Virus record (IMG/VR): IMGVR_UViG_3300009158_000031
Span: 186,001-250,000 of that record
Length of the DNA stretch: 64,000 nt
Reading direction: 5' to 3' (one strand)
Under the pieces are notes generated by a model. The model was not told the DNA's origin. It did no database searches and saw only the letters and a program-made list of their open reading frames with translations. Every line of letters starts with the position of its first letter. Positions within the stretch are counted from its first letter, which is position 1. A program made the translations under genes and the position numbers. Positions 9,037 through 18,712 of this stretch are shown here, in pieces.

Positions 9037-9897
9037 ATGAGTAAAGAAACAATCGGAATCATCGGTCAAGGCTTTGTTGGATCAGCCGTTCGAGAAGGAA
9101 TGCAAAATTATTTTGATATTTTAGCATTTGATAAAGATCCAAATAAATACAGCAATGTAGAATCAATATATCATATGATTGAATCTACCAGTATTGCTTT
9201 TCTTTGTGTACCTACTCCAATGAAAAAATCAGGTGAATGTGATTTATCAATCGTTAGAAATGCATTAACAGAAATCTCTAATATAGCAAAGTCGCTATCC
9301 GTTGAAGATTTTATCGTGGTTATGAAATCTACGGTTCCACCAGGAACAACTGATAAATTGAATAGTGAATATTCCAATTTAGATATCCTATTCAATCCTG
9401 AATTTCTAACAGAAGCTAATGCAACCGAAGATTACAAAAATCAAAATCGTATTATTGTAGGTGGTGAAAGACCTGGATCTACAAAAGTTAAAGCAATTTT
9501 CGCTAAAGCATTTCCGAAAGTGCCTATCATCAAAACATCTTCCACTATCGCGGAAACTATTAAGTATGTAACTAATACATTCTTGGCAATGAAGGTTTCG
9601 TATGCAAATGAAATCTTTCAAATGTGTCAAGCTCTTAATGTAGATTACGATAAAGTAATTGAATATGCTCGATACGATGACCGTTTAGGTAATTCACATT
9701 GGTCAGTACCCGGACCAGATGGTGATTATGGATTTGGTGGACATTGCTTCCCAAAAGATATTGCAGCACTACAATATGTTGCAAAAAACCTTAACGTAGA
9801 TTCCACTATGTTAACCGCTACAATTAATAAAAATAACCTTGTTCGCACTGATTTAGATTGGACTAAACAAATCGGTAGAGCAGTATCTGCAGAATAA
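9037..9897 (+). CDS. UDP-glucose/GDP-mannose dehydrogenase family (lacks C-terminal domain)
   Basis: GIIGQGFVG, CVPTP, KSTVPPG, NPEFL, GFGGHCFPKD. Confidence 0.9.
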   Translation: MSKETIGIIGQGFVGSAVREGMQNYFDILAFDKDPNKYSNVESIYHMIESTSIAFLCVPTPMKKSGECDLSIVRNALTEISNIAKSLSVEDFIVVMKSTVPPGTTDKLNSEYSNLDILFNPEFLTEANATEDYKNQNRIIVGGERPGSTKVKAIFAKAFPKVPIIKTSSTIAETIKYVTNTFLAMKVSYANEIFQMCQALNVDYDKVIEYARYDDRLGNSHWSVPGPDGDYGFGGHCFPKDIAALQYVAKNLNVDSTMLTATINKNNLVRTDLDWTKQIGRAVSAE

Positions 9898-9898
9898 T

Positions 9899-10156
9899 AT
9901 GAGTATATTAAAAGATCAAAAAGTAAATTGGATCCAATCTAAAGAAGATACCAAGAAAGTTGAAGATAAAAAAGCAATGAGTGGTAAAGAAAGACTTAAA
10001 ACCATCACTGCAATTATTACTGCTCAACAGACAATAAATGAAAAATGTAAGTTGGTATATGAAAGTAAACCAACTTCTGAATTGTATAGCATCATCATAA
10101 TGAACGATGTTAATTTAAGCGTATTAGAAAAAATAAAAGTACAAAATGAAGGTTAA
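9899..10156 (+). CDS. Hypothetical protein
   Basis: ORF in operon context. Confidence 0.55.
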   Translation: MSILKDQKVNWIQSKEDTKKVEDKKAMSGKERLKTITAIITAQQTINEKCKLVYESKPTSELYSIIIMNDVNLSVLEKIKVQNEG

Positions 10157-10496
10157 TACTAATAAGATTGATGGAATGGTTATTCGTGATAACGAAACCT
10201 ACATCGTAGAAGACAATCGTTTTTTGAAGAATATGGTTCTATCAAAAACTACATTACATCCTGGTAAAGATACTTCAGGACATTCACATCCTGGTCTCGA
10301 GGAAGTTTACTTCTTCAAAAAAGGAAGTGGTGTTATGCAATTAGATGAAGAATTTATCGATGTTGCTGAAGGCGATATTGTTCTAATTCCAGACGGTGCG
10401 TTTCATAAAGTATACAATTCAAAACATCCTTCAGGATGGAGTCAACATTCACTTGAATTTGTATGTGTATTTCAATCATACGAAAGAGAAGATTAA
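10146..10496 (+). CDS. Cupin domain protein
   Basis: HSHPGLEEVY...GDIVLIPDGAFH. Confidence 0.85.
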   Translation: MKVNTNKIDGMVIRDNETYIVEDNRFLKNMVLSKTTLHPGKDTSGHSHPGLEEVYFFKKGSGVMQLDEEFIDVAEGDIVLIPDGAFHKVYNSKHPSGWSQHSLEFVCVFQSYERED

Positions 10497-10508
10497 CAGA
10501 TAAAATAT

Positions 10509-10808
10509 ATGAACTTAACAAACGAATTTATGCCTATTCGAGAATGGGCAAAAGACAAAGGAATCTACGAGAAAGGCGATCCTCTAACACAATTCGCTAA
10601 GCTATCCGAAGAAATGGGTGAATTAGCTATGTCATTGCTAAAGAAGAATGATGCGGAATTTCAAGATGCTATTGGTGATTGTGTAGTGGTACTTACGAAT
10701 CTAGCAAAACTTAAAGGTTATAACATTGAGGATTGTATCAATGGATCTTATGAGGTTATTGCAAAACGTAAAGGACAAATGGTTAATGGAACTTTCGTAA
10801 AAGAATAA
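10509..10808 (+). CDS. MazG-like NTP pyrophosphohydrolase
   Basis: KLSEEMGEL...DAIGD...RKGQMVNGTFVK. Confidence 0.85.
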   Translation: MNLTNEFMPIREWAKDKGIYEKGDPLTQFAKLSEEMGELAMSLLKKNDAEFQDAIGDCVVVLTNLAKLKGYNIEDCINGSYEVIAKRKGQMVNGTFVKE

Positions 10809-10856
10809 TGTTAATAACTTTCAATAATTAAATTTTTTTATTCCGCAAAAAAGTAT
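10809..10856 (+). promoter_or_regulatory. Early-type promoter copy lacking the -7 element
   Basis: TGTTAATAACTTT...TTTTTTATTCC...AAAAAAGTAT followed directly by a coding ATG instead of TATATTT. Confidence 0.55.
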
Positions 10857-11079
10857 GACAAAAGAAAAATTAGATAAGGAATTACGAGAGCTTGCCGTGG
10901 GCGCAATCGATGCTGGAGACATAGACGATTCAATGGCATTCGATATTGCGGATGGCTGGCTAATGGATAATCCAACCGCGAATGCAGCGATCAAGAAGTA
11001 CTATGGCGCAAGCGATGCACAAGGCTTTGTGGCCAATCGAATCTGTTGGCCTAACGTCCGAAACTTACTTAACCCTTAA
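10855..11079 (+). CDS. Hypothetical protein, locally GC-richer
   Basis: ORF track; visibly more G/C-ending codons than neighbours. Confidence 0.55.
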   Translation: MTKEKLDKELRELAVGAIDAGDIDDSMAFDIADGWLMDNPTANAAIKKYYGASDAQGFVANRICWPNVRNLLNP

Positions 11080-11106
11080 AACCAATTAACATGACAACCC
11101 AGGAGA

Positions 11107-11706
11107 ATGATAGACAATCTAGAAATAATAAAGAGCATTCTTAATTTCCAGAAGCGAGGTGACTTCTATATGTTATACGTTTTCAAACGCAAGAAAGATC
11201 AACCTGAAGGAGAACGTAATAATCATCAATCAGTAAGAACTATTAAAACTTATTGCATCGAAAGTATCGATCATCTAGAAAGACGATACGATGAAATCCG
11301 TCAAATGTGCGAAATGTTTAAAGCCCGAGCATATATACATGTACAAAAGCAAAATCACTTTGATGTTTCTCTTAATATGATGGTTGCACTTGCTCAACGA
11401 ATTCAAGATGGAAACGTCAATCAAAAAGGTTTATTCGATTCGGTTGTTGGTCAAATCAAAACGCAAGAAAAACTTTGGATAGTCGATATCGATACACAAG
11501 ATCTACAAGAACTAAGAAACATTCAAGTAACTATTAATCAATGCAAACCAGAAGGACCAAAAACTAAATACATCGTTCCAACTAAAAACGGATGGCATTT
11601 AATTACTGATCGTTTCGACGTATTAGAATTTTCAAAGAAACATCCTGAAGTAGATATCCAAAAGAAGAACCCTACTTTATTATATTTACCTAATAGCTTA
11701 TCTTAA
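11107..11706 (+). CDS. Hypothetical protein, possible primase-polymerase (AEP)-like fold
   Basis: WIVDID and PTKNGWHLI motifs. Confidence 0.45.
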   Translation: MIDNLEIIKSILNFQKRGDFYMLYVFKRKKDQPEGERNNHQSVRTIKTYCIESIDHLERRYDEIRQMCEMFKARAYIHVQKQNHFDVSLNMMVALAQRIQDGNVNQKGLFDSVVGQIKTQEKLWIVDIDTQDLQELRNIQVTINQCKPEGPKTKYIVPTKNGWHLITDRFDVLEFSKKHPEVDIQKKNPTLLYLPNSLS

Positions 11707-11708
11707 AT

Positions 11709-11770
11709 TGTTAATAACTTTTTACGAAAACAGTTTTTTATTCCACAAAAAAGTATTATATTTATACTAT
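11709..11770 (+). promoter_or_regulatory. Early-type promoter with DnaA-box-like element
   Basis: TGTTAATAACTTT...TTTTTTATTCC...TATTATATTTATACTAT. Confidence 0.75.
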
Positions 11771-11787
11771 AATTAAATACTCAAAAT

Positions 11788-12078
11788 ATGAAAAACTTTC
11801 GAATCGTTATTAAATGTCAAGGTGGTTTCTTAACTATCATCGATAAAAAAACTGAATCCGTAATGGATATTATGAAATCTTTCGTAACACCAAAAACTAT
11901 TCTAACAATCGAACAAAAATCCGAAGCATCTGATAATTACTTTACGGTATTCGCAACTAAAGGTTCTAAAGTACATATCGCTTCAAAAGAAATTTACGAT
12001 TCAAACTATATTCAATCATATTGGCCAACAACCGATATGAACAGAATTGGTAAACCAGTAACCGAATGGAGAAACTAA
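11788..12078 (+). CDS. Hypothetical early protein
   Basis: First ORF after promoter. Confidence 0.6.
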   Translation: MKNFRIVIKCQGGFLTIIDKKTESVMDIMKSFVTPKTILTIEQKSEASDNYFTVFATKGSKVHIASKEIYDSNYIQSYWPTTDMNRIGKPVTEWRN

Positions 12079-12091
12079 AAACAAAACATAT

Positions 12092-12292
12092 ATGCTAAAA
12101 TTCGAAAATCTAAAAACCGGCGATCGCTTTACTGCGAACACAAATTTTGAAAGTAATGTTGTAAAAATCATTGAGGAATTAACCTATTATGGAATATCCG
12201 AAACTGGATTACATATAGGATTAACCAAAGATGGTGAACGAATGGGATTCTATGATTTTGACATTATTGATATTATTCACGTAGAAAAATAA
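12092..12292 (+). CDS. Hypothetical protein
   Basis: ORF in operon. Confidence 0.55.
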   Translation: MLKFENLKTGDRFTANTNFESNVVKIIEELTYYGISETGLHIGLTKDGERMGFYDFDIIDIIHVEK

Positions 12293-12296
12293 AAAT

Positions 12297-12521
12297 ATGA
12301 TATGTAAATGTAACTCGGAAATACATCCGAAAAGAATTGAATTAGGTTATAAAACGTGTACTGGATGTTCAACCGAAGAAATGAAAGCCGTTATACAAAT
12401 TAACAATCACAAGACCGGGAACGAAATCCAAATCGTTGATCAGGAAACAGCAAGACAATTTAATTTCTTAGCTAGCCGATCATCATTTGGCGTATCAACC
12501 GGTGTAAAAGGAAGAAGATAA
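12297..12521 (+). CDS. Small zinc-finger protein (DksA/TraR C4-like)
   Basis: CKC..EIHPKR.....CTGC. Confidence 0.55.
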   Translation: MICKCNSEIHPKRIELGYKTCTGCSTEEMKAVIQINNHKTGNEIQIVDQETARQFNFLASRSSFGVSTGVKGRR

Positions 12522-12525
12522 AACT

Positions 12526-13533
12526 ATGGAAAGAAAATTAGCAAGCATTCAAGTCATTCGAGACATTCGTCCTATTGAAGGAGCAGATGCAATCGAATTA
12601 GCAATCATTAATGATTGGCAAGTAGTAGTCGCAAAAAGCGTAGGTCATCAAGTTGGCGATCATGTTGTTTATTGTGAAATTGATTCATTCTTACCTATAA
12701 GAGAAGAATTCGAATTCTTGCGAAAAAGTTCTTATAGGAAGATGGATGATCTAGAAGGATTTCGTCTTAGGACTATAAAACTTCGAGGACAAATATCACA
12801 AGGACTTATCGTACCAATAAGTATATTTGGTGATTTTGGATGGACCGCATATGAAGGTCTTGATGTTACCGAAAGATTAGGAATTATAAAATACGAACCA
12901 CCTATCCCTGCAGAATTAGCCGGTAAAGTAAAAGGAAACTTTCCTTCATTTATACCAAAGACTGACGAAGAAAGAATTCAAAATCTAACTGACAAATATG
13001 AGACTTGGAAAACTCAACCATTTTATGTTACTGAAAAATTAGATGGATCATCCGCAACCTACTACTTCCGCAATGGAGAATTTGGAGTGTGTTCTAGAAA
13101 TCTAGATCTTGAAGAAACTGAAGGTAATACCTTTTGGAAGATTGCTCGAGAATTAAAGATAGAAGAATGGTTAGGAACACAATCAATTAATTATGCCATT
13201 CAAGGTGAGTTAATTGGTGAAGGTATTCAAGGAAATCCTTATAAGATCAAAGGACAAACGGTTCGCTTCTTTAACGCATTCAATATAGACAAATATGAAT
13301 ACTTAAGTTTAGAAGAATTCGAATCCCTAATCACTTCAATGAAGTTAAAAACCGTTCCAATTATCGATCGTGCATTTACTTTACCTAATACAATCGAAGA
13401 ACTTCTTAATTATGCCGATAAGAAAAGTGAATTGAATAATCAATTTGATCGTGAAGGTGTCGTTATTCGTAGTATCGATCGAAAAATCAGTTTCAAAGTA
13501 ATCAGTAACAAATTTCTACTAAACGAAAAATAA
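12526..13533 (+). CDS. RNA ligase, DRB0094 family
   Basis: N-terminal OB-like domain (IEGADAIE, KLRGQISQGL), PKTDEERIQN, TEKLDGSS, QGELIG, REGVV, FKVISNKFL. Confidence 0.9.
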   Translation: MERKLASIQVIRDIRPIEGADAIELAIINDWQVVVAKSVGHQVGDHVVYCEIDSFLPIREEFEFLRKSSYRKMDDLEGFRLRTIKLRGQISQGLIVPISIFGDFGWTAYEGLDVTERLGIIKYEPPIPAELAGKVKGNFPSFIPKTDEERIQNLTDKYETWKTQPFYVTEKLDGSSATYYFRNGEFGVCSRNLDLEETEGNTFWKIARELKIEEWLGTQSINYAIQGELIGEGIQGNPYKIKGQTVRFFNAFNIDKYEYLSLEEFESLITSMKLKTVPIIDRAFTLPNTIEELLNYADKKSELNNQFDREGVVIRSIDRKISFKVISNKFLLNEK

Positions 13534-13874
13534 TGAGAAACCTACTAATAGCACTCCTATGTATTGTTCTAGGACAATCAATTTCCTTTATACAACTACA
13601 AGGACAATTCATAAACGAATGGATGAAGAATAACATTTGGGCATCAGTTCTTCTTGGATTACCTATTAGTTGGTTGCTTATAACCTTTACTCGATATTGT
13701 AAAGACGCTTTCGATGGTCAAATATGGCCAGGGAGATTAATTGGATTTGCAATAGGTGCTATCGTATTTACGATAATGTCGCAAATTATTTTCAAAGAAA
13801 CATTAACTGCCAAAACCGTTTCCTGCTTATTTTTAGCAGTTTGTATTTTGGCAATTCAATTATTATGGAAATGA
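13533..13874 (+). CDS. Four-TM membrane protein (DMT/EamA-like)
   Basis: Hydrophobic helices, FKETLT..T..C pattern. Confidence 0.55.
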   Translation: MRNLLIALLCIVLGQSISFIQLQGQFINEWMKNNIWASVLLGLPISWLLITFTRYCKDAFDGQIWPGRLIGFAIGAIVFTIMSQIIFKETLTAKTVSCLFLAVCILAIQLLWK

Positions 13875-14245
13875 AATTAGAAGTATTTAAAGAGACGATC
13901 AACCGATTAAAGGAACAAAACGAATCTATTGATAGAGCTTACAAAGCTGGTATAGATTTGATAAATTTCTTAGATCCAATAGAAAGTGCAGTATCTCATT
14001 TGATTGGATCTATCTATGGTATTGAAGGTAAAGAAGTTTTTGATTGGTGGTGTTATGAAAAAGAATGGGGAACTAGAAAGGATTTTAATATGACAGATCG
14101 TGAAGGAAATGTAATGTGCGAAACTATAGAAGATCTACATACTTGGTTAGAAGAAAATGCATCAAATGATTATATTCTACCTAGAAGATTAAGTGATGAG
14201 GAGCGAGAAGAGGCAATAAAGATTGCATTCGGATTTGGTGCCTAA
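13871..14245 (+). CDS. Hypothetical protein
   Basis: Start moved to ATGA overlap at 13871; DWWCYEKEWG motif. Confidence 0.6.
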   Translation: MKLEVFKETINRLKEQNESIDRAYKAGIDLINFLDPIESAVSHLIGSIYGIEGKEVFDWWCYEKEWGTRKDFNMTDREGNVMCETIEDLHTWLEENASNDYILPRRLSDEEREEAIKIAFGFGA

Positions 14246-14291
14246 ATTAATAACATTCAACATACATATAATTAATAATAAAAACTCTCAC

Positions 14292-14519
14292 ATGAAAAAA
14301 CCATTATCTAAAATTGCTTATTTTCTACTACTATTTTTTGTTGCACATCAATTAGGTAGATTAGGATTTAATTGGATGGAATCCCATAATTCATTTTTAA
14401 GTTGGACTGGAGCTCTATCTATAATTGTTTCTATTACTACATGTCTTATATGTGGTTGGAATATTGGATCAAACTTGGCTGACATCGTAATCCATTGGAG
14501 ATCTAATAGAAAGAAGTAA
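14292..14519 (+). CDS. Membrane protein
   Basis: ATG at 14292 after CATATAAT; two hydrophobic helices. Confidence 0.55.
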   Translation: MKKPLSKIAYFLLLFFVAHQLGRLGFNWMESHNSFLSWTGALSIIVSITTCLICGWNIGSNLADIVIHWRSNRKK

Positions 14520-14521
14520 AA

Positions 14522-14584
14522 TGTTAATAACTTTTAGACTCGAAATTTTTTAATCTCAAGTTTTTGTATTATATTTGTTATATT
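14522..14584 (+). promoter_or_regulatory. Early-type promoter with DnaA-box-like element
   Basis: TGTTAATAACTTT...TATTATATTTGTTATAT (Bacteroidota -7 TAnnTTTG). Confidence 0.75.
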
Positions 14585-14606
14585 AAATTCATATAAAATA
14601 TACAAC

Positions 14607-14906
14607 ATGAAAAAATCATTAATTATTGCTTTATTAGCACTTCCTATTTTGAGTTACTCACAAACGGAAATGGGAAACTTTGCACAAGTAAACTCTAAAA
14701 AAGATACGCTATTTCTTTTAGAAAACGATCCATTAACGAAGTTAACTTTCAAAATTTGGAAATCCGATTCTACTTGGAATGGACAAAATCCCACTATCGT
14801 TTTCGTCAAAGCGAAAGAAATGGAAGAAATTAAATTTGCTTATTTTAGAAAATCTAATGAATTCGTAAGAATGAGAAAAACTCCCATCAAAACTAAAAAC
14901 AAATAA
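14607..14906 (+). CDS. Secreted hypothetical protein
   Basis: Signal peptide MKKSLIIALLALPILSYSQ. Confidence 0.6.
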   Translation: MKKSLIIALLALPILSYSQTEMGNFAQVNSKKDTLFLLENDPLTKLTFKIWKSDSTWNGQNPTIVFVKAKEMEEIKFAYFRKSNEFVRMRKTPIKTKNK

Positions 14907-14914
14907 ACCATACA

Positions 14915-15163
14915 ATGAAAAACTCAGCAATGTTAATAACTGGTCTAGTAACCGTAGTATTTACCATCCTATTCGTATCAGCAATCTTTGCATGGCCAAT
15001 TCAATTACTTTGGAATCACTGCTTAGTTGGTGCAGTAAATGGCGTTAACCCTATTGGTTTCTGGCAAGCGCTAGGAATTCTAATCTTATTTACTCTTTTA
15101 TTCACACCTAAAACCAGTCAAATAACCAAAGATGAAAAACCAAATACTCCAAAAAATAGCTAA
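14915..15163 (+). CDS. Membrane protein
   Basis: LWN...IGFWQALG motif between hydrophobic helices. Confidence 0.65.
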   Translation: MKNSAMLITGLVTVVFTILFVSAIFAWPIQLLWNHCLVGAVNGVNPIGFWQALGILILFTLLFTPKTSQITKDEKPNTPKNS

Positions 15164-15497
15164 TGTAATTGATACATTACCTAAAGATTTAGATAATTCT
15201 GAAATGATTAAACTTTTAGGTGATGCTCATTGGGAAATAGAAAACCTTTCTAAAGTATCCGATTCCTCTAAGAAAAATCAAAAAGTTATTATGAACTTCT
15301 TTGAAGAATATCAGAATATGGCTATTGATGCTGAATATATCTTGATGGATTATGTAGAAACTTCATGGTGGCATTTTTCTAAAAGACGTTCGCAAATGGC
15401 AAAGTATATTTGGTTAAGTAATAAACGAGTTTCTCTCTTTCAAGAATTGCTAATGAAAATCAAACCTGCAAGATTAGATGAAATGCTTAATAACTAA
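15132..15497 (+). CDS. Hypothetical protein
   Basis: ORF in operon. Confidence 0.55.
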   Translation: MKNQILQKIANVIDTLPKDLDNSEMIKLLGDAHWEIENLSKVSDSSKKNQKVIMNFFEEYQNMAIDAEYILMDYVETSWWHFSKRRSQMAKYIWLSNKRVSLFQELLMKIKPARLDEMLNN

Positions 15498-15909
15498 GGA
15501 AGATTTTCTAATTGCAGCAGAATTCGCAAATTCGGCTTATCAATACCATACTTCACACGGAAGAACGGATAAACAATTAATACATGATATTGTTATTGGT
15601 AAGCTCGGTGAAATTGCATACAAGAAAATTCTCGGCGATGCTATCAATGATACAGACTTAACGGTACATGAAGATCCCGATCCAGGTTGGGATTTTGAAT
15701 TGAAGAACGGTGATCGTATACAAGTAAAAACCGTTCAATCAAATTATCCATGGGTTTCCTTTGGTAATTTCTATTGGGATCGGTTAGCAATTATTCAAAT
15801 TGAAGGAAATGAATGTACTCTTATTCGAGATATGCATATAACAGAAGTTAAACCGATAGCAGAAAAATCTAAATTTAAAGGATGGTACATTCCATCATAT
15901 AAAATATAA
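15478..15909 (+). CDS. PD-(D/E)XK nuclease-like protein
   Basis: GKLGE...DPGWDF...IQVKT. Confidence 0.6.
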   Translation: MKCLITKEDFLIAAEFANSAYQYHTSHGRTDKQLIHDIVIGKLGEIAYKKILGDAINDTDLTVHEDPDPGWDFELKNGDRIQVKTVQSNYPWVSFGNFYWDRLAIIQIEGNECTLIRDMHITEVKPIAEKSKFKGWYIPSYKI

Positions 15910-15910
15910 T

Positions 15911-16162
15911 ATGAAAAAGAAATCTGAATTTTGCACATACGATTCATCAATGATTCGTACATCTCGTTATAACTTTGAAACTAAGGATTTAGAAGTAGAA
16001 TTTAATGGAGGTACCACTTACAAATTCGAAAATGTAGATACCGTAGATTATCTAGCATTTGCAAATAGTGAGGAATCTATCGGAAAATCATTCAATCAGC
16101 ACATTCGTAAATACGAAGGTAAAAAAACCTCAATAGAAAATCACTCACCAACACATGACTAA
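15911..16162 (+). CDS. KTSC domain protein
   Basis: SSMI...Y.....LEVEF.GGTTY...V......F...ESIGKSFN. Confidence 0.85.
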   Translation: MKKKSEFCTYDSSMIRTSRYNFETKDLEVEFNGGTTYKFENVDTVDYLAFANSEESIGKSFNQHIRKYEGKKTSIENHSPTHD

Positions 16163-16397
16163 AAAACGTAAAACCGTTAAAATGAAAAAGGTCGATATGG
16201 AAAATCGACTCAAATGGTACTTCCATAAAAGATGGAACACTATGTACAAAAAATTCTACATTATTCCTTCTTTGTCTTGGACTTGGAGTGCTAGTGGAGA
16301 TTTTATCGAACAAGGAGTATATGCTCCCATGTTTATTCTAAAATTAGAATGGTTGCATTTTGAAGTAGGTGTTTACAATTATCACGAAATGTACTAA
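16155..16397 (+). CDS. Hypothetical protein
   Basis: ORF in operon. Confidence 0.5.
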   Translation: MTKKRKTVKMKKVDMENRLKWYFHKRWNTMYKKFYIIPSLSWTWSASGDFIEQGVYAPMFILKLEWLHFEVGVYNYHEMY

Positions 16398-16400
16398 TCT

Positions 16401-16757
16401 ATGAAAAGACTAATAAAAGCTTGGTTGCAGAAAAAATTAAAATCTTGGGTCTTTGATAATAAGAGTCCTTATTATAAAGAGCATAGGGTTATACAAACTC
16501 CAACCGAAACTTTAAAACTTAGATCTACTGCTAGATGGTCGATTCAGGATTTACAAGAGATGCATACAGTACAAGGCTTAAGCGAAGCTCGTATAATAGA
16601 GATGATTAAAATGGATTTGATACAAGATCTATTTAATCATGTTAAAGATTCTGGTGCTATTGAGATTGTTCAATATGACGAGCCTCCTGGAATTTCAATG
16701 AATGGTCAAGGAATTCATTTTGACGCTAAATTAACAGTGGTAAAATCTAAACAATAA
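16401..16757 (+). CDS. Hypothetical protein
   Basis: ORF in operon. Confidence 0.55.
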   Translation: MKRLIKAWLQKKLKSWVFDNKSPYYKEHRVIQTPTETLKLRSTARWSIQDLQEMHTVQGLSEARIIEMIKMDLIQDLFNHVKDSGAIEIVQYDEPPGISMNGQGIHFDAKLTVVKSKQ

Positions 16758-16963
16758 TGGCAAACGTAATAATAAACATAACCTTAAATGATAAACAACA
16801 AAAGAGTTTAGATATTTGGGGTAAGCATTTAACGGCTATATTTAGATCACGAGGCGATCTAACTTGGACAGTATCATCATGTGGAATTGGAGATACCATC
16901 ACGGTAACCAGTTCGCATGCACCTAAACATCCTTTAGATTTAACAGATGTTGACTCATGGTAG
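16757..16963 (+). CDS. Hypothetical phage protein
   Basis: C-terminal LDLTDVDSW motif. Confidence 0.6.
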   Translation: MANVIINITLNDKQQKSLDIWGKHLTAIFRSRGDLTWTVSSCGIGDTITVTSSHAPKHPLDLTDVDSW

Positions 16964-16973
16964 AATTTAAGAT

Positions 16974-17225
16974 ATGATAAAGCCTAATCTAAATTTTTAC
17001 AACGAATATTATGCATTAATAGATGTTAAAGATCGTGAGAAACTTATATCATTAACAAATAAAATGTCGGAATCAAAACCGGGTTTGCTACAAGAATCTA
17101 AATTTGAGCTAAAGGATAGATTGAATGGCGATATAGAAGTTTGGATATCTAATACAGCAGCATTTGATTATGCAACAAAGAGAATAATTTTCAACTTCAT
17201 TAATGCTCTTAACAAGTTTTATTAA
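16974..17225 (+). CDS. Hypothetical protein
   Basis: ORF in operon. Confidence 0.5.
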   Translation: MIKPNLNFYNEYYALIDVKDREKLISLTNKMSESKPGLLQESKFELKDRLNGDIEVWISNTAAFDYATKRIIFNFINALNKFY

Positions 17226-17253
17226 TGATAATATCAAATCAGAAAAAGAAAAT

Positions 17254-18231
17254 ATGCAAAACAAACCAATTAAAATAATCGATGATGTTGAAGGACAGAT
17301 TAGATTTATAGTAGAAAATCCAGTAGATAAAACCTATACCATGTACGCTAGAGACGTAGCTACTGGTTTATTAAGAGGAAAAACCAAAATCGATTGTAGA
17401 ATAAAATCACCTGAAGGACATTGGGTATGGTGGAATCCGCATCCTGGAACAGGACAAAGTAAAAGAAAAAACCTAGGTGACATTATTGTAGAAATCAAAG
17501 ATGGTGATAAAATGATTCAAACCGAATATCTTTATCGTCATGGACCAGGAAAAAAATTAATCGTAAAAGACCGAGAGGTTAGATATCCCGGAAACCTTAC
17601 TGACATATATCCTACGGTTTGGGAAATATTCATGGTAGATGATTATTACTCTGAATTTTTAAACATTGACAAAGGTGGAATTGTTGTTGATATTGGATTT
17701 AATTACGGAATCTTCTCGCTATACGCAATAGACAATTTTGATCCCAAGAAAATATATGCGGTTGAACCAATGCCTTCTTGTGTAAAGATTGGAAAAAGAA
17801 TTATGAACGAACAATCTGTTTTAGTTGATATTACCGAAGCCGCAATAACGCTTGAAAATGGTACGGTTTTCATGGACAATTATGAAAATCAAACTAATTG
17901 TGCAACGGTAGTAGGTTCTAATATACGAACTGCAAAATTCTTAGAATCCGGACAAATACCAGTAAAAGGAATAAACATCAACGATTATCTAGCAACGATA
18001 TCCGAAGATGAAATTGAATTAATGAAGATTGATTGTGAAGGTGGTGAAGAATTCATATTTGATACTATCTCACGCCAAAACCTAAGACGAGTAAAGAATT
18101 ACATTATCGAATATCATAGTGAAGATATTTCCCAAAAGATTATTAATGTACTTAATTCGGTAGGATATTCAGTTTATCAAAGACCTTCTTGGAATAATCA
18201 TATAGGTACAATTGAAGCATATAAATTATAA
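17254..18231 (+). CDS. FkbM-family methyltransferase with N-terminal extension
   Basis: VVDIGFNYGIFS, AVEP, MKIDCEGGE, IIEYH; start moved to ATG 17254. Confidence 0.85.
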   Translation: MQNKPIKIIDDVEGQIRFIVENPVDKTYTMYARDVATGLLRGKTKIDCRIKSPEGHWVWWNPHPGTGQSKRKNLGDIIVEIKDGDKMIQTEYLYRHGPGKKLIVKDREVRYPGNLTDIYPTVWEIFMVDDYYSEFLNIDKGGIVVDIGFNYGIFSLYAIDNFDPKKIYAVEPMPSCVKIGKRIMNEQSVLVDITEAAITLENGTVFMDNYENQTNCATVVGSNIRTAKFLESGQIPVKGININDYLATISEDEIELMKIDCEGGEEFIFDTISRQNLRRVKNYIIEYHSEDISQKIINVLNSVGYSVYQRPSWNNHIGTIEAYKL

Positions 18232-18243
18232 TAACATGAAAAC

Positions 18244-18501
18244 ATGAAAACCCAACTACCTAAAATTGAACTTCTTAATTTTGAAGGACCGGTATTACAA
18301 GCCGTAAAACATAAAAACCTATACATCATTGTAGATGAATGGAAAGAAATTATTTCGGTTCTTCTAGAAGAAGAATTTCTTGAATTTTTCGATGGCGCAT
18401 TTTCCGTAATAGATTCTGATGGAAGAAATTGGAATATGAGCGAACATCATCGAGATGCCAAACAAACAGCAGAAAAAATACATAAATTTGTAAACTTATA
18501 A
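18244..18501 (+). CDS. Hypothetical protein
   Basis: ORF in operon. Confidence 0.55.
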   Translation: MKTQLPKIELLNFEGPVLQAVKHKNLYIIVDEWKEIISVLLEEEFLEFFDGAFSVIDSDGRNWNMSEHHRDAKQTAEKIHKFVNL

Positions 18502-18502
18502 T

Positions 18503-18712
18503 ATGCAAGACTTAATAGAATCTTTTGAATCGGTTAAGTATCGAATCAAAGCCGAAGGTATGGATTATTGCTTTAAGCATTACTCTAACTTCGAAGAAAT
18601 TGAAGATAAAGAATTTCATAAACTAAGAAAGGCTTATATAAAAGCATCAGAGAACATTGAAGAGTATGTGAATTGTAAAATACAAGAACTCCAAAACGAA
18701 GATGGCGAATAA
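18503..18712 (+). CDS. Hypothetical protein
   Basis: ORF in operon. Confidence 0.55.
   Translation: MQDLIESFESVKYRIKAEGMDYCFKHYSNFEEIEDKEFHKLRKAYIKASENIEEYVNCKIQELQNEDGE

Noticed and set aside
14931-14940. TGTTAATAAC copy inside ORF 14915
   Set aside because: Lacks the downstream T-tract and -7 element and lies in coding sequence; not counted as a promoter
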